64,000 bases of DNA from Patescibacteria group bacterium (GTDB lineage Bacteria > Patescibacteriota > WWE3 > 2-01-FULL-39-13). The DNA lies in NCBI GenBank assembly GCA_048499955.1, contig JASNYX010000002.1, positions 68,513-132,512 on the forward strand. Reading direction: 5' to 3'. The notes under the pieces are model-generated. The model was not told the origin of the DNA and ran no database searches. It was given only the letters and a program-made list of their open reading frames with translations. Positions 21,949-31,786 of this stretch are shown piece after piece (the stretch's first letter is position 1; each line of letters starts with the position of its first letter). A program made the position numbers and the translations under genes.

Positions 21949-22884
21949 TTATAATACCAACCCAACATTTGTATACCAAATACCCAAAATTGCAAACACT
22001 AGAAGCAAAACGTGCAATGCGGTATGACCGGAAACTCTAAAAACTCCGGACACTTTGGCATAATACCCATCAATTAAGAATAATCCGGTTAAAAACAAAC
22101 CTAATATCAAAGCAATATATCTTGATGCACTAAAAACATCTGAGCTATTTAATACACTACCTTGATCAGTGATAAAAGATTGAGTGGGAAGATCTTCCGC
22201 TATATTAATTTGATCCAAAATTACAGTTTCTACAGGAACTTCCTCAGGCTGCGATAAATACGATTCTTCAACAACGACGTCATCAGTAATCTTAGAAATC
22301 TCAGGTACTCCGGAGTTTTCGATTATAGGAACATTTTTCGGTTGACCAAACATCTGCACAACCAACGTGGTTTTTCGTCCATGAAGCTCCCCGTTAACAA
22401 TAGCAAATCCGACTTCCGTGTAGTTCTGACTAAGTAGATTGGATTTATGTGAGGGCGAATTATACCAAGCATTAACTACACTTTTGGAATTAGCGAAATC
22501 AACTGCTAAGTTTTCCCCTGCAAACGTATATTGGTATCCGGCCGAACGTATAAAATCCCAAGGCTCTTTGCCTGAGGGAGAAGTATGTGCCCAATAATCA
22601 TGTGTAAACATATCTTCTGCTTTCTTTTGTGCAGCTGTATTAAGCTTGGAACTTATTTTCAAATCTGTGAGTCCAGCATCCTTTCGTCTTTCATTCGTAT
22701 GCTTCAACAAGTCTCCCTGACTAATATTAGTAGCAAATCCAAGAATATTGGTGAGTGGATATGTTAGAACCGAAGTAGACAGAATAAAAAGCATTAAGAA
22801 TACGCTGTACCCTAATAGAGAATGTGATCTTAGTAATACTGATCTTTTCTTATCTTCTTTTGCAGGAATAAGTAGATATATCAT
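21949..22884 (-). CDS. CAP/SCP/PR-1 domain protein (YkwD-like), membrane anchored
   Basis: CAP signature HYTQVVW-like block (YTEVGFAIVNG...) plus HDYWAHTSPSG...AGENLAV. Has an N-terminal TM and a C-terminal TM. Confidence 0.6.
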   Translation of the reverse strand: MIYLLIPAKEDKKRSVLLRSHSLLGYSVFLMLFILSTSVLTYPLTNILGFATNISQGDLLKHTNERRKDAGLTDLKISSKLNTAAQKKAEDMFTHDYWAHTSPSGKEPWDFIRSAGYQYTFAGENLAVDFANSKSVVNAWYNSPSHKSNLLSQNYTEVGFAIVNGELHGRKTTLVVQMFGQPKNVPIIENSGVPEISKITDDVVVEESYLSQPEEVPVETVILDQINIAEDLPTQSFITDQGSVLNSSDVFSASRYIALILGLFLTGLFLIDGYYAKVSGVFRVSGHTALHVLLLVFAILGIWYTNVGLVL

Positions 22885-22893
22885 TACAGGGAA

Positions 22894-23244
22894 TTAGTTA
22901 CGGAATTTAGGCTGTTGCAATAATCTCCTAAAAGCAAGTTCCTCTAGACGTCCTCGGGTTTCCGCCTCATTTTCACTATCTTTAGCTTTTTTTAACATTA
23001 AATCAGCCTTGGGCCACGCAATAATCCAAAAAAGCAGGATAAATCCGACACCAAATGCCACAATGAATATTTTAAAAAGTTCCCAAAGACTTGGCTCTTT
23101 GCTAATCAAAAAAACTAGTAACGCTACGGTGAATAACAAGATTGAAGTTATCAGGTTTCTAATTTCTATACTGACAAAAGTAAATCCTGATATCCGAATA
23201 TGTAGAAGAACAAAAATGTTTTCAAGTGATCGAAACGTACTCAT
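22894..23244 (-). CDS. Small membrane protein (hypothetical)
   Basis: 116 aa with two TM helices and a charged C-terminal tail. Confidence 0.35.
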   Translation of the reverse strand: MSTFRSLENIFVLLHIRISGFTFVSIEIRNLITSILLFTVALLVFLISKEPSLWELFKIFIVAFGVGFILLFWIIAWPKADLMLKKAKDSENEAETRGRLEELAFRRLLQQPKFRN

Positions 23245-23304
23245 GTAAGCCTATTTTACACTCTATATCTAACGTTTCAATGGAAATAATTATGCCTGAC
23301 CCGA

Positions 23305-24603
23305 TTATTTCAGATGCCAATAAAGAGACATTTTATCGTCATCATGAAAAATGAAAACTCCGTTACCCCCATCCCCTAAGCAATTTCGACAAAAATAGGC
23401 TTCACCGTCAGCAATTGACCTAATTGAAATATTACCAATGCCCACCATATCAAGGGCAGGGTGAGGTTTACCTCCGTACATCCAGTTATAGCAGGTGTTA
23501 CTGCCAAAGTTTTGAGTGATTCGCGGGCTCGACATGGGCCAACTATACTTCCCTTTTCCGGATGTTTGGGTTCCTTTTGGATCACGGCTACAACCCGTGT
23601 CCCATACTATGCTTTTAGATTTTAGATATTTAAGTGGATCAAGGTAATTACTGTGATACCAACCCCAACTGGATTTCTTTTCAAAGTCTTCCCGACTGTA
23701 AGAATAAATGGAAAAATGAAGGTGGGCACCGGTTGAAAAACCTGAGTTGCCCATAGTGCCGACAATCTCGCCTTCTTCGACCTCAACGCCTTTACCTTCC
23801 CTAACAACAATATTTGCTGCACTTTGAATTTGTGAAAGCTCTTTTTTCGCTGACTCCAAAAGATCCTGATATCTTTTCTCATCATTTTTTGTAACTCTGA
23901 GCAGATCATCCTTAGAAGATTTTTGGTGTGCCAGATTTTCTCTTAGTTCTACTGCCTGAGCCTTTTTAGCCTCAATGCTTTTCTTTAATATTTCCACTTC
24001 CTGTTTTTTATCCTCAAGCAAATCCTGCTGGCTCTCATAGTTATCTTTAGTAACGTTCATCTTGGCAATGATTTCCTTATCTTCTGCCTGTACCCGTTTA
24101 AGGTAAGTAATACGTGAAATGAAGTCGCCAATAGTGTCGGTACTCATAAGAACCTCAATAAATGTCTGCTGTCTGTTCTTGTATTCTTTTTTGAGCCTCT
24201 CAGCCAAAAGCTTTTCGTGCGTATCAATAGTTCCATCGAGTCGGGAAAGCCTGATTTCCAACAAACGAATATCTTCTTTAAGTAGGGTCAGTTCCTCTTC
24301 TTTTTGAATTACCTGAAGCTCGGCCTGAGCAATCTGTACTGTCTTCAGATTTATATTATTTTCAATGATATCTATATCTCGTGAAAGGCTGGAAGCTTTA
24401 TTTTTCGCACTATCCAGTTTCGCTTCAAGTTCACGTACTCGTTTTTCCAGGTCTTCAGTCTGGGCTTCCGTTGCCGACAAAACGTCCGTTGCCTCATAAT
24501 TCATCACCAACGGCAATGTCAGAAAAATAAAACCTGCAATACATAGGAACTTAATTATTTTAGTTAGTTTTTTTTTGGAAAAATCAGATTTGGTGATTCT
24601 CAT
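23305..24603 (-). CDS. Coiled-coil M23 (LytM-type) peptidoglycan metalloendopeptidase with a circularly permuted catalytic domain, the EnvC/PcsB-like partner of FtsEX
   Basis: Has a signal anchor and a coiled coil of about 220 aa. The catalytic HxH block (GNSGFSTGAHLHFSIY) comes before the HxxxD block (HPALDMV...GNGVFIFHDD..SLYWHLK-stop). That is the reverse of the canonical M23 order. Confidence 0.75.
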   Translation of the reverse strand: MRITKSDFSKKKLTKIIKFLCIAGFIFLTLPLVMNYEATDVLSATEAQTEDLEKRVRELEAKLDSAKNKASSLSRDIDIIENNINLKTVQIAQAELQVIQKEEELTLLKEDIRLLEIRLSRLDGTIDTHEKLLAERLKKEYKNRQQTFIEVLMSTDTIGDFISRITYLKRVQAEDKEIIAKMNVTKDNYESQQDLLEDKKQEVEILKKSIEAKKAQAVELRENLAHQKSSKDDLLRVTKNDEKRYQDLLESAKKELSQIQSAANIVVREGKGVEVEEGEIVGTMGNSGFSTGAHLHFSIYSYSREDFEKKSSWGWYHSNYLDPLKYLKSKSIVWDTGCSRDPKGTQTSGKGKYSWPMSSPRITQNFGSNTCYNWMYGGKPHPALDMVGIGNISIRSIADGEAYFCRNCLGDGGNGVFIFHDDDKMSLYWHLK

Positions 24604-24626
24604 GGCAGGAATATAGATTGCTTATG

Positions 24627-25508
24627 CTAGTAGTCGATGTATCTGCGGGTAGCAAAGTAACTACTTACAAAGGCAAGGAATCCCGCAAAAATAAATTGAA
24701 CCAACATACCACTTAAGATAACTTCCGGACTCATTCTAAAAATCGAGTCATCTCTACTGACTAACTTCATAACATCATTATATTTAAAAAACAAGACAGC
24801 ACCCCAAATCAACGATGAAATCGCCACAGAGGCAAAAGCCATTATAAAGCTTTGCATAATATACGGGGCTTGAACATACCAATTATTGGCACCAACTAAT
24901 TTCATAATAATTATTTCGGACTTGTGTGCATAAATTGTCATACCTATCGCCAAAGTCATTACCAACATGGTTGATATAGAGAATATTACAAGCAGCACAA
25001 TACTAATAACCTGTATTCCAAATACCACCTTACTTAGTACATCTAGAGATTCCCGAGGATCATGAACTTCGTCAATTGCCGCACTTCTCGACTTCAACGC
25101 TTCAACAACCATAGGAACCTCACCCAATGAGTCCGCTTTGATATTTAAATGCGCAGGAAACGGATTAGATGTAACAGAAGCCGTTATATCTTCCCTATCC
25201 CTATTGTCTTCCAGAAATGACCTCATAGCTTCCTCTTTGGAAATATAGCGGATTTCATGGACAAACTCCTCTGCTTCAAGCTCTCTTTTTATTTGTAAAA
25301 TTTGGGCTTCATCAACTTCATCTTTGAAAAACCCTATAACCTCAGGTTTTTGAACAAGGAATTTCACAACATTATGAGAAGTAAAAATGACCGTAAGCAA
25401 CATACCTAACGCAACAAAAGTTATTACCATCATAAAAATAATAGCGTAACTTCGCCATCCGCTTCTTTTTATATTCGTAAAAGTTCTGGACCAGAGTGAA
25501 TTACTCAT
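24627..25508 (-). CDS. ftsX: Cell-division ABC transporter permease FtsX
   Basis: Four-TM topology with a large first periplasmic loop. It directly follows ftsE. Start trimmed to the internal Met (MSNSLW) to give the usual short ftsE/ftsX overlap. Confidence 0.75.
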   Translation of the reverse strand: MSNSLWSRTFTNIKRSGWRSYAIIFMMVITFVALGMLLTVIFTSHNVVKFLVQKPEVIGFFKDEVDEAQILQIKRELEAEEFVHEIRYISKEEAMRSFLEDNRDREDITASVTSNPFPAHLNIKADSLGEVPMVVEALKSRSAAIDEVHDPRESLDVLSKVVFGIQVISIVLLVIFSISTMLVMTLAIGMTIYAHKSEIIIMKLVGANNWYVQAPYIMQSFIMAFASVAISSLIWGAVLFFKYNDVMKLVSRDDSIFRMSPEVILSGMLVQFIFAGFLAFVSSYFATRRYIDY

Positions 25509-26187
25509 ATCGACCTCCTTGAACATCATGAATCACTTTTCCTTTTTCAATATGTATAACTCTTTTTTTTAGTGTGTTAACGATCTCCGTGTCATGTGTG
25601 CCGAATATAATTGTGGTTCCCCAATCATTAATTTTCTTTATTAAGTCAACGACAACCCAGGTCGAGGCTCGATCAAGGTTTCCTGTAGGCTCATCGGCTA
25701 AGAGAATTTTGGGCTCATGTGCCAATGCTCTTGCTAAAGCCAAACGTTGTTTTTCCCCACCAGATAAAGCACCCGGAAATTTATTTTCCTTTCCACCCAA
25801 ACCAACCATTTGAAGCAAATTCGTGACAACAGCATTAACATGGTCTTGCGGCTTTCCTACGACATAGAGGGATAATGCAACATTTTCAAATACATTATTT
25901 GAATCCAATAGTCTAAAATCCTGATAAATAAATCCGACCTTACGTCTTAAATTGGGAAGATTTCGCTTCTTTAAGTTAACGACATTATCACCATCGACAA
26001 TAACATCACCGGTTGTCGGAAGCTCTTCTCTAACTATATGTTTCATAAGAGTGGTTTTCCCGGCTCCGGAAGTTCCAATTAGAAATATAAACTCTCCGGG
26101 TTCGATGACCAGATTAATATCCTCTAGTCCTTTGGTACCATCAGGATAATCCTTATTGAGATTTCTGAATTCTATTATTGACGACAT
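25501..26187 (-). CDS. ftsE: Cell-division ABC ATPase FtsE
   Basis: Walker A GTSGAGKTT, ABC signature LSGGEKQRLALARAL and Walker B ILLADEPTGNLD. 228 aa. Confidence 0.85.
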   Translation of the reverse strand: MSSIIEFRNLNKDYPDGTKGLEDINLVIEPGEFIFLIGTSGAGKTTLMKHIVREELPTTGDVIVDGDNVVNLKKRNLPNLRRKVGFIYQDFRLLDSNNVFENVALSLYVVGKPQDHVNAVVTNLLQMVGLGGKENKFPGALSGGEKQRLALARALAHEPKILLADEPTGNLDRASTWVVVDLIKKINDWGTTIIFGTHDTEIVNTLKKRVIHIEKGKVIHDVQGGRYE

Positions 26188-26248
26188 AAATTCGACCTAA
26201 TACTTCCGGCGCTGACTATATCTAAATCAGGGCAGGAAAACAAGCACA

Positions 26249-26791
26249 TCACTTTAATTTTACAGACTTAACATGAATTACATCAAGACCATTATATTTA
26301 CCTCGTATATCACCATATATTTCTACCATATATCCTTGAGACAAACTCAAATCATTCTGCTCCGCATATAAGTAAGCCACAGCCTGATTATTCCTGTCTA
26401 ATAATTTAAACTTATACTCTTCCATGTCCGCCAATCCATTTGATATTATTTTTCCGCTGAAATTATTTGATAATGTCTGCTCATCAGGTAAGTATATTAC
26501 CCCTTGGTATGTGTCTGAAGTAGGTAAAATCTCAACTTCTTCAATAGTTGGGGATCGATACGAAAGGATAAAAATAACGGAGGCAATCAAGAAAATTATT
26601 AATGCTACGATGTAAATTCTGGATCTAACCTTGCCGATGTCGACTGTCGAATCCTGATTGGGATCAAAAGGAACGTCCATTTCCAGGAGCTTTCCGGTGT
26701 TAGCAAGTGATTCTAATTTCTGTTCGCTACTAAGTTTATTAAGGGATGTTTCCGCATTCTCTGCGGAATTTATATTTTTGCTATTGGGCAT
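26249..26791 (-). CDS. Hypothetical single-pass membrane protein
   Basis: 180 aa with one TM helix after a ~60 aa polar N-terminus. No recognised motif. Confidence 0.35.
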   Translation of the reverse strand: MPNSKNINSAENAETSLNKLSSEQKLESLANTGKLLEMDVPFDPNQDSTVDIGKVRSRIYIVALIIFLIASVIFILSYRSPTIEEVEILPTSDTYQGVIYLPDEQTLSNNFSGKIISNGLADMEEYKFKLLDRNNQAVAYLYAEQNDLSLSQGYMVEIYGDIRGKYNGLDVIHVKSVKLK

Positions 26792-26869
26792 GGCAGTTGA
26801 TGTAAGTATACCAGAACAAATCGAGCGGTTTCCGCCTAAGATTTATAAATCCCTTAGCACGGACGGGCT

Positions 26870-27880
26870 CTACTCAAAACCTACTGACAGATTTGATTTT
26901 AAGAACTCCTCTATTTCTCCATCTAAAACAACATCTACGTTACCTACTTCATATCCGCTTCTATGATCCTTTATCAATTTATATGGCTGAAGCACGTAAG
27001 ACCTTATCTGATTTCCCCAGCCTGCTTCCTTATAAACTCCTTTAAGTTTCATTTCGGTTTCTTTCCTTTTCTGCTCTTCAAGTAACACTAGCTTAGCCAT
27101 AAGCATACGCATAGCAATTTCCCTGTTCTTAAACTGGCTCCTTTCCTGCTGAGAGGCGACGACTATACCAGTCGGGATGTGCTTGATACGCACAGCGGTT
27201 TCCACTTTATTAACATTTTGGCCGCCGGCACCTCCGGATCTTGTGGTTGAAAATTCTATGTCTTCATCTTTTATTTCAATTTTCTTATCAGATTCATCGA
27301 TTAGTGGCATAACTTCTACACCTGCGAAAGATGTTTGCCTAAGGTTCTGAGCATTAAATGGGGAAAGACGAACAAGCCTATGAGCTCCTGATTCATTTTT
27401 AAGAAAACCATAGGCATATAGACCTTCAACCTGTACTGTAACTGTTTTTATTCCGGCTTCCTCCCCATCCAGTTTGTAGATAGTTTCGTACTTCCAACCT
27501 TTTTTTTCAAAATAACGAGTGTACATTCTTAAAAGAATAGAAACCCAATCCATGGCTTCCGTTCCGCCGGCTCCGGCGTGAATAGTTAGATAAGCTCCGC
27601 CTTTATCGTATTCGCCAGACAGATAAAGACTTGTCTCTAAGTCTTTTAGAGTTTTTTCAATTTCTGATTCATTTCCTTCAGAAATAAGCAAATCAAGAAA
27701 CTCAATATTTTCGAGAACTTTCTTTAATGCCGACAATTCCTGGCTAAGAGTAGCACCACGATTATAATCAGACCAAAAAGCAGGGCTTTTCATTTCATTC
27801 TCAATTTCCTCAACTCTGGATTTAATTGTTTCTTCTTTTAAAGAAGTCTTTACCTTTTTTATTCTTTCATCAATTTCCAT
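26870..27880 (-). CDS. prfB: Peptide chain release factor 2
   Basis: SPF tripeptide (RLSPFNAQN) and the GGQ motif ([23 protein letters not shown]). It is a contiguous ORF with no CTTTGAC frameshift site. Confidence 0.85.
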   Translation of the reverse strand: MEIDERIKKVKTSLKEETIKSRVEEIENEMKSPAFWSDYNRGATLSQELSALKKVLENIEFLDLLISEGNESEIEKTLKDLETSLYLSGEYDKGGAYLTIHAGAGGTEAMDWVSILLRMYTRYFEKKGWKYETIYKLDGEEAGIKTVTVQVEGLYAYGFLKNESGAHRLVRLSPFNAQNLRQTSFAGVEVMPLIDESDKKIEIKDEDIEFSTTRSGGAGGQNVNKVETAVRIKHIPTGIVVASQQERSQFKNREIAMRMLMAKLVLLEEQKRKETEMKLKGVYKEAGWGNQIRSYVLQPYKLIKDHRSGYEVGNVDVVLDGEIEEFLKSNLSVGFE

Positions 27881-27908
27881 AAGTTTTTGATCAATAAATT
27901 GGGGACAT

Positions 27909-30440
27909 TTATTCTAAAGTATCGAGCTGATAAGAGTCTCCGGGCTTAATTTCACCGGAAATGATTAAATTTGCAATCCGAGTTTCAAGATCTTGTTCTA
28001 TCACTCTATTTAACGGCCTAGCTCCCCATTCTCTTGAATAGCCTTTTGCAGCAATTTCTTTAATTAGGTTTTTGCTGAACATAAGATTAATATGTTTTTC
28101 CTTTAGTCTCTGTGCCACTAAATTAACTTTGATATGTGCAATCAGCTCCATTTGTTCCGGAGTTAACGGATAAAATGGTATTAATGCCGAAAACCTGTTT
28201 AAAAACTCGGGAGGATAAAACTCTTTCAAAGACTCAAGTCCAATTGCAATTGCTTGTTCGGGAGTAGCTCCTTGATCTAATGATTTAACCATTTCCATGG
28301 TTCCTGCATTTGAAGTCATAATTATAAGATTATTTTCAAAATTCACCGTATACCCTGTAGCATCTGTAAGACGGCCATCATCCAAGACCTGCAAAAACAG
28401 GTTGAAAATATTACGATCGGCTTTTTCAATCTCGTCTAATAGTATCAAGCTATACGGATGAGTCTTAACCTGAGAAGTGAAAGTTCCGACACTATTTCCT
28501 CCTGCTCCAATCAAGCGGTTGATACTATCTTGCGTTTGAAACTCACTCATATCAACTCGAACCATGTACTCTGCAGATCCAAAATAAAGGTCGGCCAATG
28601 CCTTTGCGGTTTCAGTTTTCCCAACTCCGGTCGGGCCAAAAAATAAGAAGCTGGCAATAGGTTTACCCTCAGCCCTGACACCAACACGAGCACGCTTTAA
28701 GGCATTTGAAATTTGCGTTACGGCCATATCCTGTCCGATCACTCTTAAATGCAGATTCTCCTCAAGCTGCATAAGCTTGTCCTTTTCATCTTCAGTTATA
28801 GATTTTGCAGGAACCTTTAGTGCAACCGAAATTGCTTCTGCTACCGTGTTTTTATCAAGCACTCTTGTCGAGGGGCTTAAAGAGCTTAAAGCATTCATTA
28901 ATAGCTGAATACCTTTGTCGGGAAACGCACGATCATATATATATCTTTTCGCTAGATCATAAGTTAAATCTAATGAAGGGTAACTTACAATCAATCCTTT
29001 GGATTCCATACCTCTTACCAAATGAACCATCATCTCAATAGTTTCAGACTTGGTAGATTCACGCATTTCAACAATATCAAACGAATTTGCAAATGACTGG
29101 TCTGTCGCAATATATTTTTCGTATTCCTGTCTGGAAGTAGTACCGATAAACTGGAACTTACCTGAAGATAAACTATTATTCAAAGCTTCCATAATAATTG
29201 AACCGCTTTTATCGACGTTCAATAGGTTATGTATATCATCAATAAATAAAATGATATTTCCTGAGGCGGAGATCTCTCTTAACAGTAAGCTCATCCTCCG
29301 AGCAGTTTCTGCAGTACCTCCTGAAATTATTTCTGCTACATTCAAAGAAATAATTCTTTTATACTGCAAGGCAGGAAGTGAAGTACCAAGTGCAATCTCG
29401 CGTGCAAGACCTTTTACAAAAGTTGTTTTACCTGTACCGGATCTCCCTACTAGCATAACGTTGTTCTTGCTCCCTTTGCTTAACACACGAACAACCTGAG
29501 TCTTCACATCATCTCTCCCGATTAATTTAGGCATATACCCTTTTAATGCCGCTTTAGTATAGTCTTCCCCATATCTATTTAAATTTGCTGTATAAGATAC
29601 TGCCCAGCCTTTATCAATTCCGCCTGAGGGCGGTATCTGGAAATCTTTATCCCAAATTTGAGGATGACGATTTTTCAAAACTCGGACCTGATTAACTGCA
29701 CCGATTACCTGTTCCGTAGTTGAGGAGTATTTACCTAAAAATGGCTCATGTTTTTCTACTGCAAGTATTAACGATGCAAGTATAAGTTCATGTGAAACTA
29801 ACTTTAGTTTTACTTCATTATTAATTTCCAACATCGACGCGGAAAAAATCTGGTTATCCATTTTACCTGCACTTGAATACAAATGATTCAAAATTTGTTC
29901 AGCCGGTAGTTCAAGCCTTAAGAAGAAATTTACGGTTTCATGTTTTTTGGACAAACTTACAACCAAATCCGTGAATTTGCTCTCAAAAGCCAAGCTAAGT
30001 AGCATCCGCATATAGATATCCCCGGCAAGATGATACTGAGACAAATCTAAATAATTATCGATAAGTGAAATAGGATGATAATAGTAGCTGTAAACTTTTA
30101 GCAGAACAATTACGAGTATGATTAGTGCGGCATATGCAAAATATCCTTTAAATATCAGGATTGCAGGCAAAGCAAATACACCAATAAACCCTAACAATAA
30201 AGCAACGGATGCAAGTACAAGTACAACAATAGAAAGTGTAATCGTTAATGTTCGTATCACGACCCCGTTGATCCTGGAAAATACACCCGGGAAACCGAAT
30301 AACGGTTTAAAGAAACTTCTAACCATCACTGATAAACCGAAGTTTTGGCTCAAGAGCACTAACGATCTATATATAACCGTTGCTAAATCCCTGGGGAATT
30401 CGTATGTAAAAAATTTGACCAGATATGTTCCGAGATCCAT
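27909..30440 (-). CDS. Clp/Hsp100-family double AAA+ ATPase (ClpC/ClpB-like) with an N-terminal polytopic membrane domain
   Basis: The N-terminal ~230 aa have 3-4 TM helices. The D1 module has Walker [10 protein letters not shown] and an atypical Walker B ILFIDDIH (DD instead of DE). The D2 module has Walker [10 protein letters not shown], Walker [11 protein letters not shown], a sensor region and a C-terminal small domain ([11 protein letters not shown]). Confidence 0.75.
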   Translation of the reverse strand: MDLGTYLVKFFTYEFPRDLATVIYRSLVLLSQNFGLSVMVRSFFKPLFGFPGVFSRINGVVIRTLTITLSIVVLVLASVALLLGFIGVFALPAILIFKGYFAYAALIILVIVLLKVYSYYYHPISLIDNYLDLSQYHLAGDIYMRMLLSLAFESKFTDLVVSLSKKHETVNFFLRLELPAEQILNHLYSSAGKMDNQIFSASMLEINNEVKLKLVSHELILASLILAVEKHEPFLGKYSSTTEQVIGAVNQVRVLKNRHPQIWDKDFQIPPSGGIDKGWAVSYTANLNRYGEDYTKAALKGYMPKLIGRDDVKTQVVRVLSKGSKNNVMLVGRSGTGKTTFVKGLAREIALGTSLPALQYKRIISLNVAEIISGGTAETARRMSLLLREISASGNIILFIDDIHNLLNVDKSGSIIMEALNNSLSSGKFQFIGTTSRQEYEKYIATDQSFANSFDIVEMRESTKSETIEMMVHLVRGMESKGLIVSYPSLDLTYDLAKRYIYDRAFPDKGIQLLMNALSSLSPSTRVLDKNTVAEAISVALKVPAKSITEDEKDKLMQLEENLHLRVIGQDMAVTQISNALKRARVGVRAEGKPIASFLFFGPTGVGKTETAKALADLYFGSAEYMVRVDMSEFQTQDSINRLIGAGGNSVGTFTSQVKTHPYSLILLDEIEKADRNIFNLFLQVLDDGRLTDATGYTVNFENNLIIMTSNAGTMEMVKSLDQGATPEQAIAIGLESLKEFYPPEFLNRFSALIPFYPLTPEQMELIAHIKVNLVAQRLKEKHINLMFSKNLIKEIAAKGYSREWGARPLNRVIEQDLETRIANLIISGEIKPGDSYQLDTLE

Positions 30441-30449
30441 GTGTTTGCC

Positions 30450-31553
30450 TTAGCTGGCAGGACTGTTTGTTATGGATTTACGCAATTTTTCGTGAACCAC
30501 ATAAGGGTTACTTTCGATAATACTTTGACCGTAAAGCTCCATTGGACCAACATCTGCCGTCTTTTCCGTTAATTTTCCTCTATCCACTATTCTAACAATA
30601 ATCGGCATATGATCCCAGACCTCAGGCGTTTTCAGTAGAGGCTTGAAAATCAAGGATAAGTTGAAACTGGCAACGCCAAGCTCTTCCTTTAAAGTCGTGA
30701 GACTGTCACTAATTAAGTCAGCGAGATTAGTATTTATGTCATTGGCAAGAATCATGATTTCTTTTTCTTTTATCGGAGTAATCTTTACCATGAATCGTGC
30801 CCCATCTTTCTCAAAAGAAAGCCCTAGCTTGTCATGTATGGCAAACACATCATCAAAATAATTGCTGCGATATTTTTCCTGATACTTAAGTGAAAGATAT
30901 CTCAACTGTTCAATCTTTGTATATGCTTGCCCGGTAGCAAGTACAACTTGTGAATGTCCATGAATAATCGAAGCACCCGATTTCCATAGGCAACTCCATG
31001 TATAAAACGGATAAATTGCTTCCTTGTTCGTCTGATGTGCTTTATTAATCCATTTTTTTAATACATCAATGTAGTCCCGCACTCTTTTACGTGAAAATAG
31101 CAAAGGATCGTGAGTATTATTAATAATTAATCCGTGAAGCCCATCGTATTTCGCAATGTTAGAAGCCGTTATACAATATTTACCTTCTATTCTGCCGAAA
31201 GTATCTTCCGGTGTACCCGTTTGCGGATGAGAAAACGGACCTGTTCGTGCATTTTCAATTGCTTCAAGAACACTTCCGAAATCTTTATCGCCTACAACCG
31301 GACGCATCGTTCTTAGCTCATTAAATATCGCACCTTCATAAGTTATGGTATCAGTAATACGAAGAAAATCCTGGGTGGTAACATTTTCAACAGATCCGAA
31401 GTTTGATTCAATCCACGAAATCATTTCTTTAGGAGGAACCAAAGAGCCTTTATTCTCACAGACCCAATAGATCCGCTCGAAAAGCTCTCGATCACTTTCA
31501 CTAAAATTACTTAACTTATTAAGGAAGGTATCTTTAAACCCGTTTTTTATCAT
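30450..31553 (-). CDS. Hypothetical protein, possibly a HIT/GalT-like nucleotidyltransferase superfamily member
   Basis: IIHGHSQVV resembles the HxHxQ active-site motif of GalT/Ap4A-phosphorylase-type enzymes. Otherwise unrecognised. Confidence 0.3.
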   Translation of the reverse strand: MIKNGFKDTFLNKLSNFSESDRELFERIYWVCENKGSLVPPKEMISWIESNFGSVENVTTQDFLRITDTITYEGAIFNELRTMRPVVGDKDFGSVLEAIENARTGPFSHPQTGTPEDTFGRIEGKYCITASNIAKYDGLHGLIINNTHDPLLFSRKRVRDYIDVLKKWINKAHQTNKEAIYPFYTWSCLWKSGASIIHGHSQVVLATGQAYTKIEQLRYLSLKYQEKYRSNYFDDVFAIHDKLGLSFEKDGARFMVKITPIKEKEIMILANDINTNLADLISDSLTTLKEELGVASFNLSLIFKPLLKTPEVWDHMPIIVRIVDRGKLTEKTADVGPMELYGQSIIESNPYVVHEKLRKSITNSPAS

Positions 31554-31786
31554 TGAATATCTTTCAAACTATTTTATCTTGATGATGCGCTATGACCCCG
31601 GCCTCTTAACTATCGGCTTGGGAATAAACTGCTGACTATTACCAAATTCTCGCACAGGGCATGAGAAGATACCACAGGTGTAAACCAACGGTGCTTCATT
31701 TATAGGAAGATATTAGCATTAGAAGCTAAACAGTAGAAGGGCGTTATTAAAAATAACAAACTTATGATTGCAAAACTAATCTACGA

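Noticed and set aside
26870-27908. Programmed +1 frameshift in prfB (RF2)
   Set aside because: The ORF is contiguous from its ATG. It aligns with RF2 from upstream of the usual frameshift position, and no CTTTGAC site is present near the 5' end.
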